A stretch of 64,000 nucleotides of DNA from Acidobacteriota bacterium (GTDB lineage: Bacteria; Acidobacteriota; UBA890; WLXD01). The first letter of the stretch is position 1. Every line of letters begins with the position of its first letter. The notes beneath the pieces are model-generated. The model was not told the DNA's origin and made no database searches. It was given only the letters and a program-made list of their open reading frames with translations. Positions 18,225 to 28,111 of this stretch are shown piece by piece. The position numbers and the translations under genes were made by a program. The stretch spans positions 864,001-928,000 of the forward strand of contig CBDBHB010000008.1 of assembly GCA_965205505.1 (NCBI GenBank). The letters are read 5' to 3'.

Positions 18225-20567
18225 TTGAGTCGAAGTGTCGCCACCGAGGGCCGGGCAGCGAAGGCGTCCGCTACCGTCGAAGATCGCCAGCTTGCCGGCG
18301 TCGTCATGACCCGCTGCACCGTGCTGATCGGCGCCGCCTATTTGGTGCTCTATGGCAACGGCGAACCGGTGGCGCCGTGGCAACAGATCGCGATGGTGCT
18401 GGTCTTGATGGCCAGCCTCTCTTGCTACGGCATTGCGGTGCGCTCTGGCCGGTGGGAACGCTTGCGCTGGCCGATCACGCTCGCCGATCTTGTCCTCGTG
18501 ACCGTCGCGGTGGCGTTTACTGGTGAAGCGACGAACGACTTCTTCCTGTTCTTCTTCTTGGTGCTGATCATCGCCGGAATCAGCAGCCAGTTCGGCCACA
18601 CCGTGGTCGCCACCATGCTGGTTTGCTCGGTCTACTTCGGCATGATGTATGCCGATCACGGCAGCCTGCTGTTGCGGCAAACTGATCTGCTCATCCGCCT
18701 GCCCTTCCTATTCGGCGTCGGTCTGTTCTTCGGCACGATCTCCGATGAGGCACGTCGTCGGGAGCAACACCGGTACAACCACATCACCGACGTCAACCGC
18801 AAGATGGTGCATCGCTACCATCAGGTGGCGTCGGAGCGAGACCGCACCAGGGCCCTACTGGAAATCGGCCAGCTGGCGCTGTCATCCGGCGATCCGCAAG
18901 GCGTGCTGCGTTCGGTGAACATGAAGCTACGTGAAACGGTGCGCGCCGAGCGGTGTTCGACGCTGATCTTCAATGAGGGAGATCGACACGCCTACCTCGC
19001 CGCCTGTTCCGAGGACGGGGAACAGAGCGTTCAGCTGCTACTGGCTCTGCGGCACTATCCGGAGCTCGAGGAAACACTCTCCACTGGGGAGATCACTGAG
19101 CTGCACGCCAACCAACCCTCGAAGCTCTGGGAGAAAGTGCGCCACCATCTTCCGGCGGCACACCGGTTCCGCAGTTGGTTCGTGGTTCCAGTGATGCACA
19201 GCGAGGTTGTGGTGGGAGCTTTCTTCCTGCGTGATGCCTGTGAGGACTTCACCTTGCAGGAGGAGGAGAGAACTTTCTGCAAGGCCGCCGCCTTGATGGT
19301 GGCCGGCTACTTGCAGGGTTGTGACCTCGTCGAGGAGATGCGACGGCGGACGCGTCTGGACGGACTCACCGGACTTCTCAACTTCTCCACGTTCCGTCAG
19401 GAGCTCGACGAGGCGTTGATCGAGCACGCCAAGAAGGAACACGCGAAACCGCTCTCGCTCGTGATGGTCGATATCGACAACCTCAAGACAATCAACGATC
19501 GTCACGGGCATATGGTCGGCAATCAGGTCATCGGAGAGGTCGGCCAGCGGCTGGCGCGGGCGTTGCCAATGGCCCACTCGATCTGTCGCTATGGCGGCGA
19601 CGAGTTCTTCGCGCTCGTGCCGCTCGACAAGAAGGCCGCCATCGAGCGCGCCGAGCGAGTGTTGATCCTGCTCGAGGAACTGCCTGAAGAGATGCAGTGT
19701 TCCGTACAGGTGTCGATCGGCATCGCGACATTCCCGGAGGACGGCGAGGTGGCCGATAGCTTCATGGACGCAGCAGATCGCGCCATGTACGTCGCCAAGG
19801 GCGAGGGCGGCAATCAGATCCACTCCGCGGGCGTGGGTGACGAGAGCGACGACCGCGTGTACCAGGCAATGATCGCTGTAAACGCGCGGCGGCTGATACC
19901 GGGGGAGGGCAACGCGCTGCGTCAGGTTCTCGACAGCATGCTCCGCAGGGAGGAGCAGGAGCTTGACAGCGCCGCCGTGCAACAATCGCTGCGGGCGCTG
20001 ATGGAAGCGGTGGAGTCCAAGGACAGCTACACGCGCACGCATTCGCTGGAGGTATCCGATCTGACCCGTCGACTCTGCTCGGCGGTCGACCTTACCGAAC
20101 GCGAGGCCCTCGCTGTAGAGGTGGGTGCGCTTGTACACGACATCGGCAAGGTCGGGATCCCCGACGACATCCTGAAGAAGCCCGGGGCTCTAACGACACG
20201 CGAACGCATGCAGATCGAGCAACACCCGGAGATCGGAGCACAGATCCTCAAACCACTTCCAGCGTTGAAGGCCGTCGTCCCCTTGGTGCTACAGCACCAC
20301 GAACGCTGGGATGGTACCGGGTATCCACACGGGCTGGCGGGCACCGATATTCCGGTCGGCTCCCAGATCATCTCGCTCTGCGACGTATGGCACGCGCTGA
20401 CCTCGGACCGCAGCTATCGCCCGGCCTTCTCCCACGAGGTCGCGCGCGACATGATCGCCGATGGCCGCGGCGCCGAGTGGCCCGAGGATCTGGTCGACGC
20501 GTTCTTCGTGATCATCGAAGAGATGCGTGTCGAAAGCAGGCGGAACCGGCGACGCCGTAGCGCCTGA
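18225..20567 (+). CDS. Membrane TM-GAF-GGDEF-HD-GYP c-di-GMP signalling protein
   Basis: N-terminal TM helices; DGLTGL, DIDNLK.IND..GH, RYGGDEF; HDIGK, HHERWDGTGYP. Confidence 0.92.
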   Translation: MSRSVATEGRAAKASATVEDRQLAGVVMTRCTVLIGAAYLVLYGNGEPVAPWQQIAMVLVLMASLSCYGIAVRSGRWERLRWPITLADLVLVTVAVAFTGEATNDFFLFFFLVLIIAGISSQFGHTVVATMLVCSVYFGMMYADHGSLLLRQTDLLIRLPFLFGVGLFFGTISDEARRREQHRYNHITDVNRKMVHRYHQVASERDRTRALLEIGQLALSSGDPQGVLRSVNMKLRETVRAERCSTLIFNEGDRHAYLAACSEDGEQSVQLLLALRHYPELEETLSTGEITELHANQPSKLWEKVRHHLPAAHRFRSWFVVPVMHSEVVVGAFFLRDACEDFTLQEEERTFCKAAALMVAGYLQGCDLVEEMRRRTRLDGLTGLLNFSTFRQELDEALIEHAKKEHAKPLSLVMVDIDNLKTINDRHGHMVGNQVIGEVGQRLARALPMAHSICRYGGDEFFALVPLDKKAAIERAERVLILLEELPEEMQCSVQVSIGIATFPEDGEVADSFMDAADRAMYVAKGEGGNQIHSAGVGDESDDRVYQAMIAVNARRLIPGEGNALRQVLDSMLRREEQELDSAAVQQSLRALMEAVESKDSYTRTHSLEVSDLTRRLCSAVDLTEREALAVEVGALVHDIGKVGIPDDILKKPGALTTRERMQIEQHPEIGAQILKPLPALKAVVPLVLQHHERWDGTGYPHGLAGTDIPVGSQIISLCDVWHALTSDRSYRPAFSHEVARDMIADGRGAEWPEDLVDAFFVIIEEMRVESRRNRRRRSA

Positions 20568-20583
20568 GTCGCGGGCTGCTGCC

Positions 20584-21582
20584 TCAGTCGGCCTTGGCGA
20601 GCAGTGCTGCAATCTCACGTCGCACATCGGCCTCGTCGCCACGCTCGTAGCCATAGTGCCGCCAAACGATGCGTCCGTCTTGATCCAGCAGGTAGTTCGT
20701 CGGCGTTGCGATGACGCCATACGAGCCCGCCGAAATCTCCTGTCCGGGATCGAACGCCGCCGGAATGGAGAAGCCGTTGTCGTCGTAGAACTGCCGCGTC
20801 CGCTCGACATCGTTGGAAACATCGATGGCGATGATCGCCAGTCCCTGAGGCGACAGGTCGCGGTAGATGGCGTCCAGGTGAGGGAACTCCTCACGGCACG
20901 CCAGTCAGGTCGGCGACCAGAAGTTCAGTAGCGTCGCCCCGTGAAGCGCCGAGCGTAACTCAACCTCCGGCTGCTGGAGCCCGGGCAGCGAGAAGTCCGG
21001 CGCGGTCAACGCGACGAGATCGCGCCCTTGCCGGAACCACTCCTCGAAACTCGCCGCGCTTGAAGAATCGATCGAGTACGCCCAGCGCAGCGCCTGGTCG
21101 AGTTGCTCGCTGCGATCAGCAACGCTGGCGCGCAGTAGCATCGTGATGCCACCTGCCAGGTCCCCAGCGCTGGCCATCGCCAGCCCCAACTGCAACGGAA
21201 GGGAGCTCTCGATCGGGATGCCCAGAAGGTCTGTTCGGGTGAGCATCAGCGCCCGTTCGAAGGCACTCGCGGCTTCCTCGTTGTCGCCCACAGCGAGATG
21301 CGCTTCGCCCCTGAGCTCATGGACGCGACTAAACATCCTCGCCTCCGGAAACTCGTCGAGAAAGCCCTCTACCAACTCTAGGCGCTCACGGCCATTCACC
21401 GCGGCAATGCGCTCGAGGCGGCGCAGCGCGACCGCGTTGGTCAGCGGTACCCGACTCGCCGAACCCAGGCGAGTGAAGGCCCTGCCGGCCTCTCCGTCGG
21501 TGTCCAGCGGCCGCATCAGATCCCAGTTCTGACAGGCCGAGACGACGATGGCGGCAAGGGCGAACACAATCAGACGGCGCAC
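20584..21582 (-). CDS. TPR-containing TlpA/ResA-like thioredoxin-fold lipoprotein; candidate selenoprotein (Sec at UGA 20905-20907)
   Basis: Lipobox VSAC; APDFSLP...LLNFWSPT-UGA-LACREEFPHL continues in frame through AIIAIDVS...YGVIATPTNYLLDQDGRIV to a stop at 20584 (332 aa). Confidence 0.88.
20868..20904 (-). promoter_or_regulatory. Bacterial SECIS hairpin of the TlpA-like gene
   Basis: UGA C UGGCGU GCC GUGAGG AGUUC CCUCAC CUGG ACGCCA: two 6-bp stems, apical loop 16 nt from UGA with G at position 2. Confidence 0.75.
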
Positions 21583-21704
21583 TCACGGCCTCCGGTAGGC
21601 TAGTGTCCCGACGCAGGACACCAGCTTCGTATAGGAGGATCCTGTAATGCCGCCGGCCAGGATGCAATGCGGCGACCCCCCAACGGCGCGATGACGAGTG
21701 CAAA

Positions 21705-22220
21705 GTGAGATCGCAACTATCGCTCTTCGGCGCCCGAGCACGCCCTACCCGCCCTCTAATGCAGCATCGGCGCGCCGACGCGCTCTTGAAGCGCATCGAT
21801 CGATGCCTGCTGCAGTTTCCGGAGCTCGACGATCACGCCGTCACGATCGGTATTACGCGTTGCGCCGATGGGATCGCGGTACTCGAGGACATGATCGTTC
21901 GTTTCGATCTGCGCCGCCGCCTGCCCTCGCACTACACAGTGGCTCACGAGCTCACGCACTTGCTGCAGGGACTGGGGTTGGTGCCGCACGGCGAAGTGCA
22001 GTGCGATATTTGGACACTCGCACGCGACCCGCTCTTTCTCGACGAGGAGCCGTGCTACCTACCGCTTCCGGCGCCTCTACGGCAAGACTGGAGTCGTGTC
22101 CGTGAGCGGGTTGCGCTGTTGTGCCGGCGCGCGATTGACAGACGGCCCCACCATCGGACCTATATTCGGTGGCTGCGATCCGAGCTCGAGACGCTCGCCT
22201 CGCGCGGCGCGCAGTCGTAG
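21705..22220 (+). CDS. Hypothetical protein with HExxH (zincin-like) motif
   Basis: TVAHELTHLLQ...GEVQCDIWTLAR. Confidence 0.7.
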   Translation: MRSQLSLFGARARPTRPLMQHRRADALLKRIDRCLLQFPELDDHAVTIGITRCADGIAVLEDMIVRFDLRRRLPSHYTVAHELTHLLQGLGLVPHGEVQCDIWTLARDPLFLDEEPCYLPLPAPLRQDWSRVRERVALLCRRAIDRRPHHRTYIRWLRSELETLASRGAQS

Positions 22221-22678
22221 CAATAGCCGAATACCTGCACGGTGTAGCGAGTAGCGACGAACCGCTGACGCTCGAGGTTCCTTTCCAGCACCTCGTCTAG
22301 CTGCCGATCGAACCATTCGATGATCTTGCCGCAGCCGACGCAGATCATGTGCTCGTGCTGTCGCGCCCCCAGAACATGCTCGTAGTAGTAATGGTCTGTG
22401 CCGAGCCGGACCTTGCGACCTAGTCCGGCCTGTACCAGCAGGTCGAGCGTGCGGTAGATCGTCGCGCGCGACACTGCCGAGCCCGCGGCGCGTAGCCGGA
22501 GGAGAAGCTCCTCCGCTTCCACGTGCGTATCGAGTTGCAGAAACTCGCTGAGCACCTCCTCGCGCTCATGGGTGAACCGGAGCCCCTGCTGACCGAGGTA
22601 GTCGCGGAACGCATCGACGGCTGTCTGCACGGCGCTCGAACGCCCGGCGCGACCACGTCCTGGCTGAATGCGCGCCAT
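22160..22678 (-). CDS. fur: Fur-family transcriptional regulator
   Basis: GLRFT..R, HVEAEEL, SRATIYRTL, HEHMICVGCG, GYCYDC; ATG 22678 overlaps the upstream stop. Confidence 0.9.
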   Translation of the reverse strand: MARIQPGRGRAGRSSAVQTAVDAFRDYLGQQGLRFTHEREEVLSEFLQLDTHVEAEELLLRLRAAGSAVSRATIYRTLDLLVQAGLGRKVRLGTDHYYYEHVLGARQHEHMICVGCGKIIEWFDRQLDEVLERNLERQRFVATRYTVQVFGYCYDCAPREASVSSSDRSHRI

Positions 22679-23580
22679 CAAAGGCGACCTTTCGCCATCA
22701 GCTCGGCGTATATGTGGAACGCAGCCAGGCCGCGATAGTTGCCCCAGCCCTCGGCCCATTGATCGGCCTCGAAGGGCTCGAGTGGCGTGCCGGATCCATA
22801 GTTGTTCCCCAGCCACTCAAGCAGCAGGGGATCGGCGGAGGGAAAGCAATCCAGCCGACCGTAACCGATGATGGCGGTGAGTTGGGCCCCCAACAAGCCG
22901 ACGCCGTCGTACATCGCCAGTCGATCGACCAACGTCTCCAACGGGGCTCGCGCCAGCCCGATGATGTCCAACTGGCCGCTCATCGCGGCCTGAGCGATTG
23001 TGTGCAGCTGGCGAGCCTGTGCCAGGCTGAAGTCCACCTGGACCATCTCCTCCGGCGTTACCTTGGCAACCACGCGCGGCGTCGGAAAAGCGAAGAACGT
23101 ATCGCCAGCGTACGCTACGCGGTAGCTCACGGCCTCGGCAACCTTGGAGACGCTGGCGCGGAAAAAATGCAGCCCGGGACGACTCGCGACTGCTAGCGTG
23201 ATGGACTCGAACGGGTGCATCCTCTGGGTGGGGCGTAGGCCGTAAAAGTCGGAGGAAAGCCCGTACAGGCCCTGGTCCTTGCGACAGAGCTTGTAGAACG
23301 GGCCCGGATCGAAGCCCATGCCCATCATCCGCGATAACAGCGCTACTACGCCGGGCTCGTCGCGCTCGGTGCCGTTCATCAGGGTGACGATCAACTCCGG
23401 ACGCTGCCCGGTACCCAAGCTACTGACCAGCACGAGGCGCATGCGACCGCTGACGTCGACGAGACGAGTGAAGCGCTTGCCGTCGAAGACATCGACCACC
23501 TCCCCCGCCCCCGGGGACATGAACATCGCGGTCGTCTCGAATCCGAACGGCGCCGACGGTGTCAGCCGAAACTCGTGCAT
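22678..23580 (-). CDS. AlkA-like DNA-3-methyladenine glycosylase (HhH-GPD family)
   Basis: PFES, FPTP, GVG HhH-like segment, FPSAD, W..YRGLAAFH. Confidence 0.75.
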   Translation of the reverse strand: MHEFRLTPSAPFGFETTAMFMSPGAGEVVDVFDGKRFTRLVDVSGRMRLVLVSSLGTGQRPELIVTLMNGTERDEPGVVALLSRMMGMGFDPGPFYKLCRKDQGLYGLSSDFYGLRPTQRMHPFESITLAVASRPGLHFFRASVSKVAEAVSYRVAYAGDTFFAFPTPRVVAKVTPEEMVQVDFSLAQARQLHTIAQAAMSGQLDIIGLARAPLETLVDRLAMYDGVGLLGAQLTAIIGYGRLDCFPSADPLLLEWLGNNYGSGTPLEPFEADQWAEGWGNYRGLAAFHIYAELMAKGRL

Positions 23581-23676
23581 CGCCTGCCCCCGTCTGATGA
23601 GCTTCGGCCAGCCATTCGAACCCGCCCCGCGGCGGCTACCGAGCGAGACCTTGCCAGCGCCGACGGCGTCAAACCT

Positions 23677-24015
23677 CTATTCGAAGCTCGCTACCGCTTC
23701 CGCCTCATCGGTATGGCTCTCGAACACGGATATCAGCTGCGTGAACTGCAACAAGTCGCGAATCTTCGCGGTCAGGTTCAGCAGCTTCATCGCGGCGTCT
23801 TGGCTCTGCGCGGTGGTGAAGCTCGCCACCAACTCCCCCACACCGGCGCTGTCCATGTAGCCGACCTTATCCAGGTTGAGCACGATCTTCTTCTCGCCAC
23901 GATCGAGAAGATCACGGATGATCTGGCGAAGCTGAACATCGCCTGAGCCGAGGGTGAGCTTGCCGCTCAGGTCGATGACGACCACCTCGTCGACGCGGCG
24001 CTCGTTGAACTTCAT
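23677..24015 (-). CDS. STAS-domain anti-sigma factor antagonist
   Basis: VVIDLSGKL, YMDSAGVGELV phospho-Ser motif. Confidence 0.92.
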   Translation of the reverse strand: MKFNERRVDEVVVIDLSGKLTLGSGDVQLRQIIRDLLDRGEKKIVLNLDKVGYMDSAGVGELVASFTTAQSQDAAMKLLNLTAKIRDLLQFTQLISVFESHTDEAEAVASFE

Positions 24016-24108
24016 TCGTGGATCCTCCGACGCGTGTGGGTGAAGATCGGCAAGACACTAGCGGCAAGGCTAGCTACGCTATCATCGGGTCGTGCAAGGA
24101 GCAAATAG

Positions 24109-25089
24109 TTGACACTAGCCGACGAGAATGTCGCCAGGCTAGAGCCGGACATCGAGCAGATCGCTCCGATCCTCGTCTGGCACTCTAGGGCAGAGGATTA
24201 TCGCAAGGCGCTCATGCAGCGGCTTCCCGGCGTACCTGTGGAAGTGCGCTCCGGCGCCGTCCGAGCGAAACCTTCGGAGGCGCGAGCCTTGCTCACATGG
24301 TCCCCGCCGCCGGGCGCGCTTGGTCAGCTCCAGGCGCTCGAGTGGATTCACGTCATGGGCGCCGGCGTCGACGGCCTGCTCGGCCGCGACGACCTCTCGG
24401 CGGACGTGCAGCTGACCCGGTCGTTGGGGCGCTTCGGAACTCAGATGGCCGAGTACGTGGTCGGGTACCTGCTGCATCAGCTCATCGCCATCGAGGACTA
24501 CCGGCGCGATCAGGATCGCGGCGTGTGGAACGGTCAACCGCGCCCGCTACTCCAGGATTCCCATATCGGAGTGATAGGGCTCGGATCGATCGGGCAGGTC
24601 GTCGCCGAGCGGCTCGCTGCTTTCGGCGCCGAGATCTCGGGAGTGTGTCGCACCGCCCGGCCGGTACCACATGTCCGTCACGTCTACGACGCGCGAAACT
24701 GGCGGCAAATGGTGCCGGCCTGCGACGCGCTGGTGCTAACCCTACCGCTGACGCAGGAGTCGCGCGGCATGATCGACGCCGATGTTCTGGCTCAGATGCG
24801 CCCGGGCGCCGTGTTGATCAACGTCTCGCGAGGCGAGCTCATCGACGAGGAGGCCCTCATACTGGCGCTGCGCGACGGCGTGCTCGGAGCCGCCGTCTTG
24901 GACGTTTTCGAGCACGAGCCGCTGCCCGACGAGAGCCCCTTGTGGACCGAGCCACGGGCGTGGGTTACGCCGCACATAGCCGGCCCCAGTGAGGTCGACT
25001 CGATCGCCACCGAGTTCGCCGACAACTACCGCCGCTTCGTCGAGGGTACGCCGCTAGCCAATCTGGTCGATCGCCAACGCGGTTACTGA
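24109..25089 (+). CDS. D-2-hydroxyacid dehydrogenase (GhrA-like)
   Basis: GAGVD, GLGSIG, LINVSRG, LDVFEHEPLP, TPHIAG. Confidence 0.92.
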   Translation: MTLADENVARLEPDIEQIAPILVWHSRAEDYRKALMQRLPGVPVEVRSGAVRAKPSEARALLTWSPPPGALGQLQALEWIHVMGAGVDGLLGRDDLSADVQLTRSLGRFGTQMAEYVVGYLLHQLIAIEDYRRDQDRGVWNGQPRPLLQDSHIGVIGLGSIGQVVAERLAAFGAEISGVCRTARPVPHVRHVYDARNWRQMVPACDALVLTLPLTQESRGMIDADVLAQMRPGAVLINVSRGELIDEEALILALRDGVLGAAVLDVFEHEPLPDESPLWTEPRAWVTPHIAGPSEVDSIATEFADNYRRFVEGTPLANLVDRQRGY

Positions 25090-26273
25090 CGCGCGAGCTC
25101 GTCGATAGTCGTGAGCGCGTGCTCGATCTCAGCGTCCATGGTGTAAAAATGTGGCGCCATGCGAATACCCGCACCCAGCCGATAGTCGACCATTATGCGA
25201 CGCTGCATCAGTTGCTGCGCCACGCGATCGGCGCCGGGAACATCGACGGTGACGTGCCCGCCACGGCGCTCGGTCGACAATGGCGAGTTGACGCGCCAGC
25301 CGCGCTCGCTGGCCTCCTCGATGATCAACTGCGTTTGGCGGCGCGACTTACGTCGCACGCTCGCAAGATCGAGACGACCGATGATATCCAGTCCGGGCAC
25401 CGCGGCCGACAGCGATGGAATGTGGGTCGTGCCGTTCAGAAACCGCCACGCATCGTCTCGGTAGTTCATGTCGTGCGGATCGAAAGCAAACGGCTCGCGC
25501 CGCGCGAACCACCCTGTGAGCGCAGGCTCGAGCTCGGCCATGCGGTCGGCGCGCGTGTATAGGTAGGCCACCCCGGGGCCTCCACAGAGCCACTTGAGCA
25601 CCCCGCCCACCGCAAAGTCGACGTTCATGCCGATGACGTCGATAGGCATGACACCGGCTGACTGATAGATGTCGAGGGCGACGCTCGCTCCAACTTCGTG
25701 GGCGCGGGCAACGATCGCTTCGACGTCCTGCAAGTAGCTACCGCGGAAGATGACGTGCGAGATTGGCACCAGCGCGGTGCGCTCGTCGATCGCAGCGACC
25801 ATCGCCTCTGTAGGCACCTCGAAACCATCCGGCGACGCGACGAGATGCAGCTGCGCTCCGTGGCGCTCGTGGCCACGATACATCTGCACGATCGACGGAA
25901 AGTTGAGCTCGGAGCAAACGATGCGGTTACGCTCTGATGAAAAGTCAAAGCACGACGCCAGCACGGCTGACGCCAACGTAACGTTCTGATGTGTCGACAC
26001 GGTGCCAGGCGGTGCCCCGATAACGTTGCCGATGGCGTTGCCGACCTCCTCTGGCAAGAGCCACCACTCCTCTTCCCAAGCACCCACACCTCGGGTCGCC
26101 CACGTGTCTGCGTAGCCGGCGAGCGCCGCGGGCACCCCGCGCGGCATCGCGCCGAGCGAGTTCGAGATCAGATAGGACGACGATTCGAGGATCGGGAACT
26201 CTTCGCGCCAGGCGAGGAGATCCCCCTCCTCAGCCGCAGACGCTCTCGATGTAGGGGCTTCGATCGAACTCAT
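25083..26273 (-). CDS. Kynureninase-like class V PLP enzyme
   Basis: YLISNSLGAMP, DIYQSAG, LKWLCGGPG, GWF, RRGG. Confidence 0.8.
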   Translation of the reverse strand: MSSIEAPTSRASAAEEGDLLAWREEFPILESSSYLISNSLGAMPRGVPAALAGYADTWATRGVGAWEEEWWLLPEEVGNAIGNVIGAPPGTVSTHQNVTLASAVLASCFDFSSERNRIVCSELNFPSIVQMYRGHERHGAQLHLVASPDGFEVPTEAMVAAIDERTALVPISHVIFRGSYLQDVEAIVARAHEVGASVALDIYQSAGVMPIDVIGMNVDFAVGGVLKWLCGGPGVAYLYTRADRMAELEPALTGWFARREPFAFDPHDMNYRDDAWRFLNGTTHIPSLSAAVPGLDIIGRLDLASVRRKSRRQTQLIIEEASERGWRVNSPLSTERRGGHVTVDVPGADRVAQQLMQRRIMVDYRLGAGIRMAPHFYTMDAEIEHALTTIDELARQ

Positions 26274-26377
26274 TGGGAATCAGACGGGGTTGGCGGGAGC
26301 AGCTAAACTACAGTGCCCGCGAAACAGTCGCCAGCACCCCGTGCGGACCCGAGCCGGGCATAGGACTTCCGGAAGCG

Positions 26378-27217
26378 ATGTCACAGATCCTCCGAATCGG
26401 GCAAAGCGCCGACCCCGACGACGCGTTCATGGCATGGGGGCTGCGCGCCGAGTTGGAGCGACGCGGTCTCGACGCCGAGTTGGAGTTCGCCGACATCGAG
26501 TCGCTGAATCGAGCTACCGAGGATGGTCGCCTCGATCTCAGCGCGATTTCTGTGGGCGCCTACCCGACGTTCGCCGACCGCTATCGGATGTTGCGCTGCG
26601 GGGCCAGCTTCGGCGACGCGTACGGACCACTCGTGGTCGGTACCCGACCTCCGAGCGCGGGCACCGACACACCACTTTCAGGACTCACGGTGGCCATCCC
26701 CGGAGCCTTGACAACCGCCCGGATGCTTCTGCGCAACTACGCCGGCACGACCTATCAGGAGGTCGAGATGCGATTCGACGCCATCCTCGACGCGGTCGTC
26801 GCCGGTGAGGTGGACGCCGGACTGATCATTCACGAAGGGCAGTTGCTGTACGAGCGTATGGGGTTACACGCGCTCTTCGAACCGGCGATGGAGTGGGCCG
26901 AGCGCGAGCAGCTACCGCTACCGCTCGGAGTGGTAGCTATGCGCCGCGATCTTGCCGCACCGGTTCAGGAGGCGGTCGCCGACGCGTTTGCTCATAGCGT
27001 GCACGCCGCATTCCAGCATCCGGAGGCAGCCCTCGACTTCGCCGCAAGCTACGCGCGCGGTCTGGCCCGCGATGACCTCGAGGAGTATGTCTACCGATAC
27101 GTCAATGCGGCAACCCTCGACATGGGTGTAGCCGGGCAACGGGCCATCGAGCGTCTGTTCGAACACGCTCGAGCTGCCGGGCTTCTGGCCACGGTACCGG
27201 CGGTCGACCTCTACTAG
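26378..27217 (+). CDS. mqnD: 1,4-dihydroxy-6-naphthoate synthase
   Basis: SADPDDAFM, DIESLN, YGPLVV, AIPG.LTTA, IIHEGQL, PLPLG, YVN. Confidence 0.88.
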   Translation: MSQILRIGQSADPDDAFMAWGLRAELERRGLDAELEFADIESLNRATEDGRLDLSAISVGAYPTFADRYRMLRCGASFGDAYGPLVVGTRPPSAGTDTPLSGLTVAIPGALTTARMLLRNYAGTTYQEVEMRFDAILDAVVAGEVDAGLIIHEGQLLYERMGLHALFEPAMEWAEREQLPLPLGVVAMRRDLAAPVQEAVADAFAHSVHAAFQHPEAALDFAASYARGLARDDLEEYVYRYVNAATLDMGVAGQRAIERLFEHARAAGLLATVPAVDLY

Positions 27218-27319
27218 ATGAGATGAGAAGGCCAACCTCCTGAACGCAGTAGCCTGACGGCTCTGCAAACGTTTCTTCAAACGTAACGGGCTCGAAGCCC
27301 AAGGAGGTTGGCCGAGCAA

Positions 27320-28111
27320 GTGTAACGATTGGACTGGACGTAAGCGACCGGTACAGCCGTATGTGCGTGCTCGACAGTAAGGGCAGGGTGATGGAGGAAG
27401 GGCGGGTGAGGACGAGCCCGGAGGGGCTGGCGAGGCGGTTCGGGTGCGAGGAGCCCGCTCGAGTAGTGCTGGAGGTTGGAACGCGCTCGCCGTGGATGAG
27501 TGAGCAGTTGAAGCAACTGGGTCATGAGGTGCTGGTGGCTAACCCGAGGCGGCTGAAGCTGATCTATGGCGAGCACGACAAGACCGACCGGTTGGATGCC
27601 GAGCACCTGGCACGAGTGGGCAGAATGGACCCAAAGCTGCTTAAGACGGTGCAGCATCGAGGCAGACAAGCGCGAGCGGATCTAGCCGTGATTCGGAGCC
27701 GAGATGCTCTGGTAAAGAGGCACGCAGTTGGTGAGCCATGTGCGTGGTGCGGTCAAGTCGGCCGGTTGTCGTATTCCCAGGTGCTCGACGCCGGCGTTCG
27801 CGCGCACCGCGCCAGAGCACATACCGGAGCGGCTCAAGGGAGCGCTCGAGCCGGTGCTTGAAACGATCGCCATGCTGACGGGCAACATCCAGCAATACGA
27901 GCGTCAGATCGCAACGCCGAGATTGCCCCTATGGCGTATGTCGACGCTCCCAGCCTTCCGGGTGACGGCGGGACCGGCCGCCTCCGGCGTCGCGGCGCCT
28001 CGACGATACACCCAGCATCGCCCTCGTCTCGCCGTTGTGCTGCACCGACTGTGGCTGAGTGGAGACGAGTACGAACCGTTGCGCGCACCTGTAGAGGTTT
28101 CAGCAGCATGA
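27320..28111 (+). pseudogene. IS110 transposase, disrupted
   Basis: GLDVSD, LEVG, KTDRLDA (DEDD RuvC-like) present; start codon lost, frameshift near 27718, Tnp domain missing. Confidence 0.85.

Noticed and set aside
20289-20894. 201-aa minus-strand ORF as the continuation of the TlpA gene
   Set aside because: Wrong frame; the thioredoxin fold continues in the same frame through the UGA
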